A stretch of DNA of 62,521 nucleotides, filler included, from Basidioascus undulatus (taxonomy: Eukaryota), in the NCBI GenBank assembly GCA_000826855.1. It is 6 parts of 6 records of this genome, joined end to end, with 100 filler letters (N's around TTAATTAATTAA, not from the genome) between each part and the next. Parts side by side here need not be neighbours in the genome. Positions count along the whole stretch, not along the records: positions 1 to 27,404 come from JTLS01000165.1; positions 27,505 to 34,431 come from JTLS01001650.1; positions 34,532 to 41,455 come from JTLS01001651.1; 3 more parts are not named here. One strand, given 5' to 3'. Below, piece by piece: positions 24,514 to 36,795 of the stretch. The notes under the pieces are model-generated. The model saw only the letters and a program-made list of their open reading frames with translations. It was not told the DNA's origin and made no database searches. Each line of letters opens with the position of its first letter. Positions within the stretch are counted from its first letter, which is position 1. The position numbers and the translations under genes were made by a program.

Positions 24514-26113
24514 TCAGGTGTTGAACTTGAAGCGCGAGGCGAGGAGCGTCTCCTCGAGCTTGCCCGCGGATTGGATGAAATGTCGAAAGGAGGCTTTGCA
24601 CTGTTTTCCCCACCATTGCATTCCGCCCAAACAGATCAAGTCAGCCACCCCATCCACCATCTGAAGAAACCGAGAGAGCGATGTATGGGATTTCGCGGAG
24701 GGAAATGGCGACGAAAAGTTGGAAGGAAGCGAAGCGACGGGGGAATGGAGAGCAGCCAAGGGAGAGGTTTAACGCACGGGTGTCCGGATCTTCCCGAACT
24801 CCTGCACGGTCGCCATCTGGTCGAGGAGCTCCCAGGCCTTGAAGGGCGAGTGGATGCCGCGGGCGACGGCGATGACGAAGCTGTGGATGGTCGACTCCCA
24901 GGCGTTGCAGAAGTTGCGCTGGCAGACGTCGGGCTTTGTACAGCCGTCTGCGAAGGCGAGGTGAGCGAGGAGTAGGGGAGGAAGGGAGGAGGCAAGAAGG
25001 CGGGGGAGGAAGATGTGGGAAGGAAGGAAGGTGGGGGGGAAGAAGGTAGGAACGAGGGAGTGAGGGGAGGAGGTGGAAGACGCACGGTGAATAGCCGGCG
25101 GCGTCTGCAAGAACTCGAACAATCTCCTCAGCGCGCCCTCCCTGGCCTGGGCGAGGTTAAGGACCGTCTGTGCGCCGAGCATGTCCGCCTCCTCGTCCGT
25201 GAATCCCTCCACGGCGCAACTGACGAGGCTCTCGATGGCGGGGCGGACCCACGCGGGGATGTCGAACTGGCGCGCGAGGACGAGGCGCTGCACGTTGAGC
25301 GCGCGTTCGCGCTTCCGCGTTGGATCGGGGTAGAGGGACGTGTCCTGCAGCTTGCTGTCGAGGCGCGCGATAGCGTAGGACCGCTGCGAGGGGAAGTCGT
25401 ACTTCGTTGCGCAGTGCAGCACGGCGGAGAGCTTGTCGAGAGAGGCGGATTCGAGCTCTTGGTATCTGCATCGACCCCCCAACACATATTCAATACAACA
25501 CCGCGGAGGGGGCAGGGAGGGAAGGAGAGAATGGGGAAGACGCACTCGGCATAGCACGCCCACATCAACGCCGCAAAGTCCTCGGCCTTGTCCCCCTGGA
25601 TGACGATCGGGTTCGCGTCCGAGCCGCCCTCGGCATCGGCCTGCGAGCCCGGCGGGAGGGTGAACATGGACTTGAAGAACCCGGAGGACTTGGCGAGTTC
25701 TGTTCCGCGGCCCACCCCATCTTCCAGTGTCAGCGGTGCGCAACGTGAGACTTGGGAGGAGGGGTGGACGTGCTGCTCCGGTGTACGCCAAACAGGGTGT
25801 TCTCGACCTGGGGGGCGGTGTCAGTCAGGAAAGCGGGAGATGGGGGATGGAGTGGGGGAGGGAAAGACGCACCTTGAGGATGATGCTGTGGTCGTCAAAG
25901 TAGAACTCGTCATGGCGCCTCACGTCGAGCCGGGGCTGCTTGGCGGGCGAGCTCATCTCCACACCGCCCCCCGCACCGCGCGGGGCGAGCTGGTCGTCCT
26001 CGTCCTCGGACCAGCTGCGCTTGATGACGCTGCGCTTCCTGTCGCTCCTTTCATCCCATTCGCCACCCCTCTGGTTAGCAGGCGCGGAGGGGGAGGGGAG
26101 ATGGGACGCACAT
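24514..26113 (-). CDS. BTB/POZ-domain protein (basidiomycete type)
   Basis: RHDEFYFDDHSIILK|VENTLFGVHRS|KLAKSSGFFKSMFTLP...EGGSDANPIVI...ATKYDFPSQRSYAI...LARQFDIPAWV; start uncertain. Confidence 0.8.
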
Positions 26114-26536
26114 GCCGGGCGAGGGGGAGACGGGGACCGAATGCGGGGGTACGCCTGGTTGGGTGGGCGGATGTCGGTAGTGCTGAGGTACAGACGTGGG
26201 TGGGCTGTAGGGAAGTGTGAGTGTGAGTGAGCAATATGTGTGTGTTTTGATGGAGGACAAGGTCAAAGGCAAGCTGAGACTGAGATTCCGACGGACGGGC
26301 GGCGCGCGTCCACTTGCGTCGCGTGCATGCCGGAACGACCGCAGCCTCTGGTCATCTCATCTCATCTCATTATGTCCTCCTCCTCCTTGAACCACACCTC
26401 CATCCAATCTTGTCCACTCCTTTGATTCTCGTCCTGAAATCCCTCTGTTGTTCTCGGTCCGCGCTCACCGCCTGTCAAACTTCACACCCACCTTTGCTCA
26501 ACTTGCGATCTGACCCGTGACATTTCACACCCCCTC

Positions 26537-27404
26537 ATGTGCGCGTTCGTGGAGCCGCCTCCTTGCAGCCGGCGTGGACCGCCCGTCCTCAAGCTGCCCG
26601 AGCTCATCGCCGACGTGCTCTCCCTCGCGTCTCTTCCCGAGTCGCAGGACGCAGCCGACGCGCAGCGGCACAAGCTCGCGCGCGCGACAGTGTGCAGCAC
26701 CTGGAAGGTGCGTCTTCCCCTCCCTCCTCCCTCGCACACTCTCCATCTCATCCCTCGCTCGCTCGCAGGAGCCCGCCCTCCGCCTGCTCTACTCCGCTCC
26801 TTACCTTACCTCCCTCCCCACGCTGCACCTCTTCGCGCGCGCCCTGCAGCTCGGCGAGTCCCGGTGGTCCGACCTGTGCCGGATCCCATACTCCACCCCC
26901 GGGCGATACGTCCGGGCGCTGGACCTGCGGTACGCGCTCGGCGGCGTGGGGGACGGGGAGGAGGATCTCGAGGTGAACCTTGTTGTGCGGGGGGTGGTCG
27001 CGCTGTGTCCGGCGCTCGAGGAGCTGCGCCTTCCGGGGGGGGAGTGGAAGGACGAGGGGGAGGGCGTGAAGCTTGGGGGGGGCGCGTGGGAGGCCTTGGG
27101 GGAGTGCAAGGCGATGCGGGTGCTCGAGGGCGTTGAGGCTCCTGGGGTGGGGAGGATGAGGGCGCTGGAGGCCTTCCTGGGCGCGCTGGGGAAGTGGGGA
27201 GGACTGGAAGTCCTCTCCCTTCGCGGGCCCTCCGACCACTCCCCACTCCCACCGTCCACCCCTCTCCCTACCATCCCCGCACACGCGCTCAACTTCCCCC
27301 ACCTGTACACGCTGCACATTCACACGCCCCTCCCGGCCTCTCACCCGCTGCTCGCGCTCCTCTCCCTCGCCTCCCTTCCCCGCCTTCAAACACTCGGGCT
27401 CCCC
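26537..27404 (+). CDS. F-box-like/LRR protein, 3'-truncated at contig end
   Basis: LKLPELIADVL...ATVCSTWK|EPALRLLY...GRYVRALDL...CPALEELRL. Confidence 0.6.
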
Positions 27405-27504
27405 NNNNNNNNNNNNNNNNNNNNNNNNNNNNNNNNNNNNNNNNNNNNTTAATTAATTAANNNNNNNNNNNNNNNNNNNNNNNNNNNNNNNNNNNNNNNN
27501 NNNN
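27405..27504. other. Artificial contig spacer
   Basis: N44-TTAATTAATTAA-N44; the central 12-mer stops all six frames. Confidence 0.98.
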
Positions 27505-28692
27505 CGTCATCCTTACGCCGCCCACGCCGGTGAAGGGCGAGGACGGCGAGGCAGAGTACTACGAGTACGAGTACGGGTCGCCCTCCTCCGATCCCGAGGA
27601 GGAGACGTTCGACACCGCCCCGATGCTGGACGACTTCGGCGAGGACGGCGACGGTGACGCGCTGTTCTCGACCCAGCCCCCGGCGGAGATGATGCTCGAC
27701 TTGTTCGACTCGCCCACCCGCCCTGTCGTGGGAGGTGGGAGGAGCAGGAGCGGGAGCAGTACCGACGGCGGCGATATGTTTTCAGATCCGGAGGCAGAGG
27801 ATGAACTGAAGAGGAAGATGAAGGTTTTTGAGCGCGAGCGGAAGAGGTTGGGGGAGGTGTGGGGGAGGTGAGTTTTGGGGAGAGCGCGAGGGGGAGCGAG
27901 AGAGGAGGGATGCTGATTTGAGGGTGGCGGGCAGGTCGGAGGAGAGGGAGGGGGAGGGGCTGCCGGTTATTGGGCCGACGGGCGAGGAGGGGGAGCGGGA
28001 GCGGGAGCACAAGAGGCCTGTGACGCCCGAAACGGCTGGGTCGATTGTTTCGGAGCATCAGTGAGTTTAATTTCCACGCGCGAGCAATGAGGGGAGGGGA
28101 AGGGGTGACTAATGGGCGTGGGCGTGGGTGCAGGACTCCCCAGTCGGTCATCCTCCCTGGCGAGGAGGAGGAGGAGGGCCAGGAGTGGAAGGAAAAGACC
28201 CCGCTTGCGGAGACATTTAATGGGCATGCTATGTGCGTATCCCCGCTGAGGCCAGGTAGAGAGGGACGGAGCTGACGGTGTTGGACGGGTGCTGGACGCA
28301 GACTCTCGCCGCCTGTCGACCGCGCGCCTATCGCCCTGCCCACGGTGACGCAGCTGCAGGGTGAGGAGGCGGAAGAGGAGGAGGAGGAGCCAGTCGAGGA
28401 GCTCGCGGAGGTCCAGTCGGACGCGGCGACGGCTGCGAGTTCGGACGAGGAGGCTGGGAGTGACGCGGGTGAGGGGGAGAGGGCGGAGGTGAATGAGGCG
28501 CAGCGGGTCGGTTCTTCCTTGTCATGAGCGAAGAAGAGAAGGAAGACGCTGACTTGGATGGTGCAGGTCTTCGCCGCCCCGGCCGTCCTCACCCGCAGCA
28601 GCTCAGCCGACAGCGCCTCCACGTCGCCCTACAGCGCCTCCTCCCCCTCCCCTCCGCCGAAATGCAGTCGGTCGGCGCACGAATCGCGCTAG
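27505..28692 (+). CDS. Acidic, low-complexity hypothetical protein, 5'-truncated
   Basis: GC3-rich Glu/Asp-rich exons with canonical introns. Confidence 0.45.
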
Positions 28693-31586
28693 CACTCTCG
28701 TTAATTATTTTTTTCGTTGGAATTTCTTATGCCTATCCTTTAAACCTATATTCTGATCAAGATTCACAAACTCACTTTCGACGCTTCGTCTTGACCGTCA
28801 CTGAGGGGGATGTTGCGCCGGATGGCAGCGCGGCGCGGTGAGTATTGCATTGCACGACTTGTTTAGCACGCACCGATCGGCTGACTAGTCGCACCGTGCA
28901 CTAGGAGGGCGTTCTTGATTAACGGCCAGTTCCCTGGCCCCAAGCTTGAAATGGAAGAAGGCGATGAGGTCGAAGTGAGTCTGCTTGTGCACACGTTCGA
29001 AGAAGAGCTGCGCTGAAGCTGACATTCATTATGGCAGGTCATCGTACACTCGCGAGTTGAGAAGGATATTACGATCCACTTCCACGGCATCACCCAGGAA
29101 GGGACACCTTGGAGCGATGGCGCAAGTCCTCGGACAGCATTCGACGTAACACAGCGTTCTGAAAATGTTGCCTTCTCAGGTCCCCGGCGTTACCCAGCTG
29201 CCTATCCACACCAACGAGAGCTTCACGTACAGGTGGACCGGGACGGAACCTGGCGTTGTGTGTTGGACTTATGTCTTGAACGAGCGGCTTTGGATACTTA
29301 TCTCTGTGAGCAGTATTGGTATCACGGTCATTTCCATGGTGTGTCACCTCTATCGTTATCCTGTGCACCGTACTGACATCTTGAGTTACAGACGCGATCG
29401 AGGATGGTCTGTCCGGCCCTATCGTTATCCAGTGCGCATTATCTCACCTCATACAGTTAATTCTTTGGTGTAAACTTGAGTCTGCTTTAGTCCCGCACCT
29501 GGACGTCCTGCACCGTTCCACCTCATCGCGGAGGACGAGAACGACGTTCGCGCTCTCGAGAAAGCCAACCGCGACACAAACGTCTTGCAAATTCGGGACT
29601 GGTACGTCGCTGGACATTCTGCCTCTAAAAGAAGCGACCTTGGCTTGTTCACTTAGGTACCACGCTGCAGGCGGCACCTTACGAGCGAGGAGCTCCACTC
29701 GCACTGGGTCGCCAGCAACATTGAACCTCTGTGCGTCGCCACTGAACCCAAGCAAGACCTTTGTGGAACTGATTGAAGATTATTAACCCATAGATGCGTG
29801 GAATCTGTCATCATCAACGGCAAGGGCGCAATCGTATGCCCTGACGAAGCTACGCTTGCCGCGTTTTCGAAGATGGGCAACCTCACATCGCGCGGGTACG
29901 TTCTGCAATGATACGCTTCGGATCAGTATTCCTAGGTACAGGTTAATTATACTCTGTTATTCAGATGCCTTGGTCTGGATTCGCCCGTCATCAGGTCCTT
30001 CTCCCCAAACTACCCCGACTTGGCCGACCCGATCTACTTCAGCGATTGCAGCCCGACAGGCGCGGACGTCGAGCTGGAAGTGATCGAGGTCGATCGCGAA
30101 AGCGGCTGGGCCTCTCTGTCATTCGTTAACACCGGCGCCTTGTTCCTGCTCACTGGTAAACTCTTCGGTCTAAACAGTTCGTGTCCGTTCTGACGTCTTA
30201 CGCACACCCAGTCTCCGTTGACGAGCATCCCCTCATTTTTTACTGTACGTAAGCTTGCAGTCTGGTGACATTGTAACAGCTGTGCCGCTTGTGCTGGTTC
30301 TGATCGGCTCTGTACTTGCAGCGGCTGACGGGCAGTACCACGAGCCCGTCGAAGTTCAAAGCATCACGGTGCGCACGCTGCCTCTCACAAGCCTGTGACT
30401 CAGAGTATCTTTGACGAGTAACATTTCTAGATACCTACTGGCGAGCGTTACCAGGTCTTCATCAAGCTTGACAAACCCGCTGGCAGCGCCTACACGATCC
30501 GCGTTGCCATTCCGGACGTCGCGCAGGTCAGTGCCTGCGTCCATGCTGTGTTTGTCACAGCTCTTTTCAACAAAAGTCTCACCTTTACTTGTAGAGCATG
30601 TCTGGATATGCGATCCTGAAGTACAAGTCGCCGGAAGAACCGGTCCTCACCGCCGCGCCCGGCTACCCTGCCCTCCCCTCCTCGACACCCTTCATCAGCT
30701 TCGCTGGCACGGGCTCCGACGAATATCCGGACACTACATCCCTCGACCCTCTCACGATCAAGCCCTATCCTTCCGCACCTCCCCCCCAAGGGCCGGCCGA
30801 CTTCACCCTCCGGTTCGAGCTCAACCGCCCGAACGGGACGGCGTGGGCGATGAACGCCTCGGGGTTGACTGGTACCGACGAGTTGACGCCGCCGTTCATC
30901 TGGCAGAGTCCACAGGAGCTCCACGCGCTCGCGAATACCAACCCGGGACTCGCTTGGACGGCTAACGATTCGATCGTGGACATCGTTCACATCGTAGCCC
31001 CTGGAAAGTGCGTGAACCACCGTGGGGGCTGCCTTTCATTTCTCTTGCAGTTCGCTGATACGAGGGATGTCCTTGCAGTCCCCAGCATCCGATTCACAAG
31101 GCATAGTGCACTTTTTCAGTTCGATGGAAAAGCTCATCTGACGTTCGAACGCTCAGCACTTCAACAAAGCTTTCGTTCTCGGTGCCGGCAGCGGAGAGTT
31201 CCCGTACGAGACGGTAGCGGACGCCTTAGCAGCCGAGCCTGGACTCCTCAATCTCAACAACCCGCCTTTGAGAGGTTGGCCAACAAGCATCGTTTTATTT
31301 CCCACGCCCAGTCCGTTCTAATCCATCTCCCAACAGACGGCTGGAACACGCCGGGAGCCTTGACAGAGCCGAGCTGGCTGGTTGTTCGTTACCAAACGGT
31401 CAACCCTGGGCCAAACTTGCTACACTGCCATATCGGGTGAGCATCCAGTGAGTCAGGGATCCCAAATGCAGGCCTCTGATCTAGACCTCTCTCGACAGAC
31501 AACATCTCATGGGCGGCATGCAGATCGTCTTGCTCGAAGGCATGGACGTGCTGCCGCCGCTGCCCGTGGCCTACGCACCACCTTGA
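28662..31586 (+). CDS. Secreted multicopper oxidase (laccase-like, AA1), very intron-rich
   Basis: Signal peptide; INGQFPGP; copper motifs TIHFHG...WSDGVPGVTQ, YWYHGH, HPIHKH, LLHCHI..HLMGGM. Confidence 0.92.
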
Positions 31587-31920
31587 TAGTCAGACTTTTT
31601 CGCTCATTTAGAAGAGGCTTTGTACAATATAAACCGAGATCGACTCCTAATATCAGCATGGTTCTGGGAAACTTAGTCGCTGCTTTGCACCTGCACTGCG
31701 GTCCCGTGTGCTGCACGAGTCATGAGAGACTCGTAAATATCAATCGCCCAAATACTCAAAAACCTGATGCTCGTATCAACTTCGTGTCTGCCATCTTGGA
31801 ATCGATGCAGCCCGACTGCGAGAACCGAAGAACGCACGTGATGCGTTTCGGCCCGGAAGACGACCATGCGGTCCTGTCGGCCAACTTCCTTGCCTCCCAA
31901 CGACCACCATCTCTATCGCG

Positions 31921-32859
31921 ATGCCAGCGATCACACCTCAGAAACCGCTCGTAAACGAGCACAGGAACCACGACGGGTACGAGCGTCCCGTCAGGATCTT
32001 GCTGACCGGCTTCGAGGTGCGTCTGCGCCCCCTGCCGATCGGCTTATCGCACAGCGCCCCCTGACGTTCCTCGTCGCCTTTACGCTCGAAAGCCGTTTCG
32101 CCAATACAAAGAGAACCCGTCCTGGATGGCAGTCTCGAAGCTCACGGGCAAAACGCTCACGTCGCCTCCCTCGCCGCTCGCGTCCTCCGAGCACTCGCGT
32201 CCGATCGAAATCCACACGCTCAAAGTCCCAGTCACGTACACCGCGGTGTCCTCCCTTATACCGCCTCTCCACTCGGCCTCGCCGCCGTTCGATGCGGTTG
32301 TTCACGTCGGCGTGGGCCTGCCCGGGGCCGTAAAACTGGAGCGCCTCGCTCATAAGGAGGGGTACGACAAGCTGGACGCGGAGAACCAGCTCGCGCCCGA
32401 GGTCTGCCACGGCGTGCGCGGCTTCGGCGGGGAGGCCTTTGAGGACTTTGCGCTTGAAGAGCGCAGCAGCGTGGATATCGACGGGCTGCTGGCGTACATG
32501 AAGGAGGAGCTCGCAGTCGAGGTACGTCACGCCGCCGAGTTGACTTCTCTTATCGCACACCACTCGGCTGATCCAATGAATTATCTGTTGAACAGCACTT
32601 GAAGTTTTCCGAGGACCCGGGCAGATATTTGTGTGACTTCATCTACTACACCTCTCTGACATCGGCGCGGAAGGCGAACCCCAAGCGGCCCATACCCGTC
32701 CTCTTTATCCACGTGCCCCCGCTCGGAGGCGGCGCCGCGCAATCCCCATACGACGTGCCCGAACTCGCGCGCATAATCGAGGCCGCGGTGAGGTGGGTTG
32801 GGAGAAAGGAGGTGGTCAAGACGGCGGGGTGGGCGAACGGTGGTGATGCTGTGTCTTGA
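31921..32859 (+). CDS. Pyroglutamyl-peptidase I (C15)
   Basis: RILLTGFE|PF...NPSW, VVHVGVG...KLERLAHK, SEDPGRYLCDFIYYTSL, VLFIHVP (Glu/Cys/His triad motifs). Confidence 0.9.
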
Positions 32860-33111
32860 ACGAAACGATGCAATTGCCTGCCTGATGCCGACTAATGCGT
32901 TGCCTGCAAGCGTGAACTCTTATGAAGGAAACTGCCGTGAGGAATATGCAGCAAGGACGGACAGGATCTTCAGTGCCATCTCCAGCACGCAGTCCATCCC
33001 GCCGTTGCGCCTTGCATCTTCCACAGCACACCTGCGAACCCAAATAGCGCAGGCGAACTGCAAATGCCACTAAATCGACCCGCCACCTCTAAATAATGCA
33101 TGGCGGCACGT

Positions 33112-34431
33112 TCAAGCTCCCAATCCCCTCTTCGACACCTTGATAACTGCGCTGAGCGGCTCGTGCAGCCCACCGGACACGCCGATGCGCTCGCCCGACG
33201 TCCAGCCCATCATCGCGAGGAGCCTGTACCCGACGTTCTGTCCGCGCAAACCACCCACCCCACTCAGCAGCCACCCTCAATCCCACCTGACCTCCAAAAA
33301 AGCACTCACGTCCTCCGCAATCGGCTTCGCCTCCCCACCAACGAGCGCGCCCTCCTTGTTGCGGCCCGAACCGCCCGGCCCGGCGGCGGCCTTGCCGCCC
33401 TTCTTGACGCCTTTCCCAGCGCCGCCGTCCGCGTAGAGGCCCTTGTAGAACATGCCCAGGCCGCCCTCCGCGCCGGCATTGACGGCGCGCGCGACGCGCG
33501 CCTCGTCAATGCCGATGCCCGAGCGCGAGGTCCGTATGAGCGTCGTGAAGCGCTGCTTGCCCGTGCCGACGCTCTTGCTTTTCAGCGACTGTGGGTGAGG
33601 GGAGAGGAGTGAGTGGATCTGCGTTCGCGTTGAAGAGAGGGAGGAGACCAGGCGTACGTAACATTCAGCGAGGACATGAACCTGCTCGGCCCCAGCGCAC
33701 GCGTCAGCCAGCGCCTTGCGAACCGCCCCCCGCGCGCCGCGCCCACGCACCTGCTTCCTCGACTTCTTGTCCATGGGCGGAAGGCTCAACGACCCCTTGC
33801 CCAGGTCCTTCAAGAACCGCCTGATCTCATTGTTGACGCCGACGAGGTCCATGAGGCCCTTGCCGGCGAGGGCCTGCGCGCGGGCCTTGCGCGCCTTCTT
33901 CCCGCCGCCGCCCTTGGCGAGGGAGAACTCGAGCCGCTCGAGGTTCCGCGCGCGCTTGCGGTCCGCCTTCTTCAGGCGGTCGGCTTCCCACTGCGCTTGA
34001 AGCGCCGGCGGGACGCCGCCCATTTTCTTCTTTTTGCCTGAGCCTGCGGAGCGAAAGTCGTCTTTCGTCAGACATCCATCGAACGGGTTGAGGGAGCACA
34101 GTGACGGAAGGGGGGGGGAAAGGGGGCGTGGTGAATGGGGGAGATGGTAGACGGGGAGGTGAAAGGGTTGAGTAAGAAGAGGGGCCACGACGCACCGCTC
34201 GCCAAAGCAAAGAGCATGTCGTCTGGGTCGATCGCCCAGTCGTCGCCGTACCCGTCATTATCCACAAGGTCCCTAAAGAACTTCTTCCTGCTGCGCCGGT
34301 CCCACTTGACCGCGTCCTCCTCGTCGATGATGCGCTGTTCCACCCACCCAATCTTATCAGCACCGTCCCCACACCCATCCATCCCCCTTCCCTATTCCTC
34401 CCCCTTCGCCTTCGCCCGCTCCCTCCCCCCC
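33112..34431 (-). CDS. SQS1: R3H + G-patch protein (Sqs1-like), 5'-truncated
   Basis: LPPMDKKSRKQVHVLAECY.LKSKSVGTG (R3H); IAEDNVGYRLLAMMGWTSGERIG...KRGLG (G-patch). Confidence 0.82.
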
Positions 34432-34531
34432 NNNNNNNNNNNNNNNNNNNNNNNNNNNNNNNNNNNNNNNNNNNNTTAATTAATTAANNNNNNNNNNNNN
34501 NNNNNNNNNNNNNNNNNNNNNNNNNNNNNNN
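34432..34531. other. Artificial contig spacer
   Basis: N44-TTAATTAATTAA-N44. Confidence 0.98.
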
Positions 34532-35704
34532 GTCGGTGGCGGGGCGGTCATGGGCGAGGAGGGCGGGGGGGAGGCGAGCATCTGCGGGGCGGGGCTCTAT
34601 GGCGGATGGGGAGAACGAGGGTTTGATGGGCAGGGTGGGGAGGAAGACGGCGAGGTGGGGACGGGGAACCAGACAGCGAGACGAGCAAAAGAGACCAAGG
34701 AGGGCCGCCCAACTTCACGTGCTAGTTTTCGCTCGCCTGACCCGCGTGCCAGGTCCTGCAGGCACACCAGCCGCGTTGGCAAGACTCGCTCCTGCTCCTG
34801 CAACACCTCAAAGAAACATCTTGTGGGGAACATTCAATGGAAAACCAGTTCCCATTTCCTGCCCTGATCACGACCTGTGCAACTTAAGACTGCTCAAACC
34901 GGCTCGATCGAGTAAGCGCGTCCTTCACGTGAACCCACTGACCTTCGGCGAACGCTCGAGTTGCGCATAGAGGTACCTCTTTGGTAATGCTCGCTTTAGT
35001 ATCGATGAAGCACACCTGGGCGTAAAAAAAAGGGCATCCTAATAGTCGGACCAACTTTCGGATGCGTCCATGCGGCAGTCGCAGTTGTGGGCCGGTCATG
35101 GGTGCCTAAGACCGCAGGCGACCGAAACAGCTGGACATGCCGCTGCGCATCCAATGAAAAATGTGATGGACATGCATTCATTCGGTCAGACGGCATACCA
35201 TCCTCCAATCAAACACGTGAGGAAGTCGAGATGCGGCGCTCTTCCCCTAGGGCTCGAGGAGTTGTTGAGGCGATGACGGCGCGGAGTCCACTCATCGATG
35301 GCCTGAGCAGGGGGAGGAAGTGCAGCCTGAACGTCTTCCTTCGGAAGCAGCATGCCCGTCAAGGCGCGGCGGCGGCAGACGACTACACGCGACGCCTGGG
35401 CGCACCGCAGACAGCGCAGACCTCCTCCGGCGGGCGTGAGAGGGCCGATGATGACCGCGACGCGATTGTGAACGCTGCGAAAAGGGCGTGCTGTGCGCCA
35501 TGACGACCAATGCGTTTGAAGAGCGAAGGGAGACAGTCAGGACGCGCAGGAAGCGGAAATCTTCGTTGCGTCGATATGCCAGAACCAGGGCCCGAGTCCC
35601 TGAATGATCAAAAAAATCCGTGCTCGCCGCCGCCGCCCATCGCCGCCATGCCTTCCACATCCTCCCGCCGTTCCCTCCCACCACATTCCTTCCCACCCGA
35701 ACCC

Positions 35705-36795
35705 TCAAACCAGCACCCCCGAGATCTCCATCTCCACCGCGCGAGGGAGGAGCCCCAAGCGCGGGAGGACGGCGTTGTAGCGGTCCGGGTGGGTGCGCTT
35801 GAGGTGCTTGAGCACCTTGACGCGCTGCATGACCATCGCGCGGAGCGAGCGGCGGTTCTCGATGTCGCGCGTGTGCGTCTTGAGGTGCTCGTACAGGAAC
35901 CGGATGCGGGTCGTGAGCAGCGCAGCTGTCATTCCTCCTCCTCCATCAGCCCCCAGGAACAGCGCAGTGGGAGTGGGGGCTGGGGAGTGGGAGAGAGAGA
36001 GAGACAGGTTGCACGCACCTTGCGTCTCCGCCGAGCCCGTGTCGCCCTGGTTCGTCGGGCCCTCCCCACCGCCATGCCTCCCAAACGCCACGATGCACCT
36101 CCTAAAGTTCTCCAGCATGATTCCCCGCGCGCTGGCATTCCGGAGGTCCAGCACGCGCGCCATCATGTCGAGCTTTGCGCGCTCGCGCTCGACGACCTCG
36201 CGCTGGCGCTCCTCGTCGAGGAGGTCGGCGCGACCGGCGCCCATCACCGCGCGCTGCGCTGCGAGGGACGGGAGGGTCTGGAAGAGGGAAGGGACCGTCT
36301 CGTTCGGGATGGCCGAGTTGAGCAGCCGCGGGAGGGGGATGCCGGGGAACGTCTCGCCCTCCGCCGGCTGCACGACGGACTCTCCTGCGGATGCCGAGGC
36401 GTACACCTGCGCAGGCACGAGCAGGATCGACTTGAGCTCGGACGACTCCCACACGTGCTCCTCGCCCGGCCCGTAGCCCAGCACGGGGTCGGGCTTGTGC
36501 GACGAGTAGTCCGCGCGCAGGCGCGCCTGCAGCTCGATGTTCGCCTTCTTCTTGCGCCGCGCGTTGCGCTTGCGCTTCGATTCGGAGAGGACGGAGGACG
36601 TGGAGAAGCAGGAGATGGCGGGCGGGGTAGGGCGCGGGAGGAAGGCGGGTCGGACCAAGGGGGCTTTGGAGGTGTTCGGCCGGTCAAGTTCAGCATTCCG
36701 CGTTCCTGAACAACTGACACCAGGAAACTGGGCGTACCGGCTATTGACAAGCGCTTCAAAGCGCTCGTAAGAGAGGCGGAGCGGCCGGAAGCCAT
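35705..36795 (-). CDS. MRPS28: Mitochondrial ribosomal protein uS15m
   Basis: Presequence MASGRSASLTSALKRLSIA; S15 core DTGSAETQ|AALLTTRIRFLYEHLKTHTRDIENRRSLRAMVMQRVKVLKHLKR...LPRLGL. Confidence 0.88.

Noticed and set aside
35510..36709. Long antisense ORFs (e.g. 399 aa opposite uS15m; others opposite DSK2, SYO1 and BTB)
   Set aside because: Expected shadows of GC3-rich coding strands; no recognisable domains.
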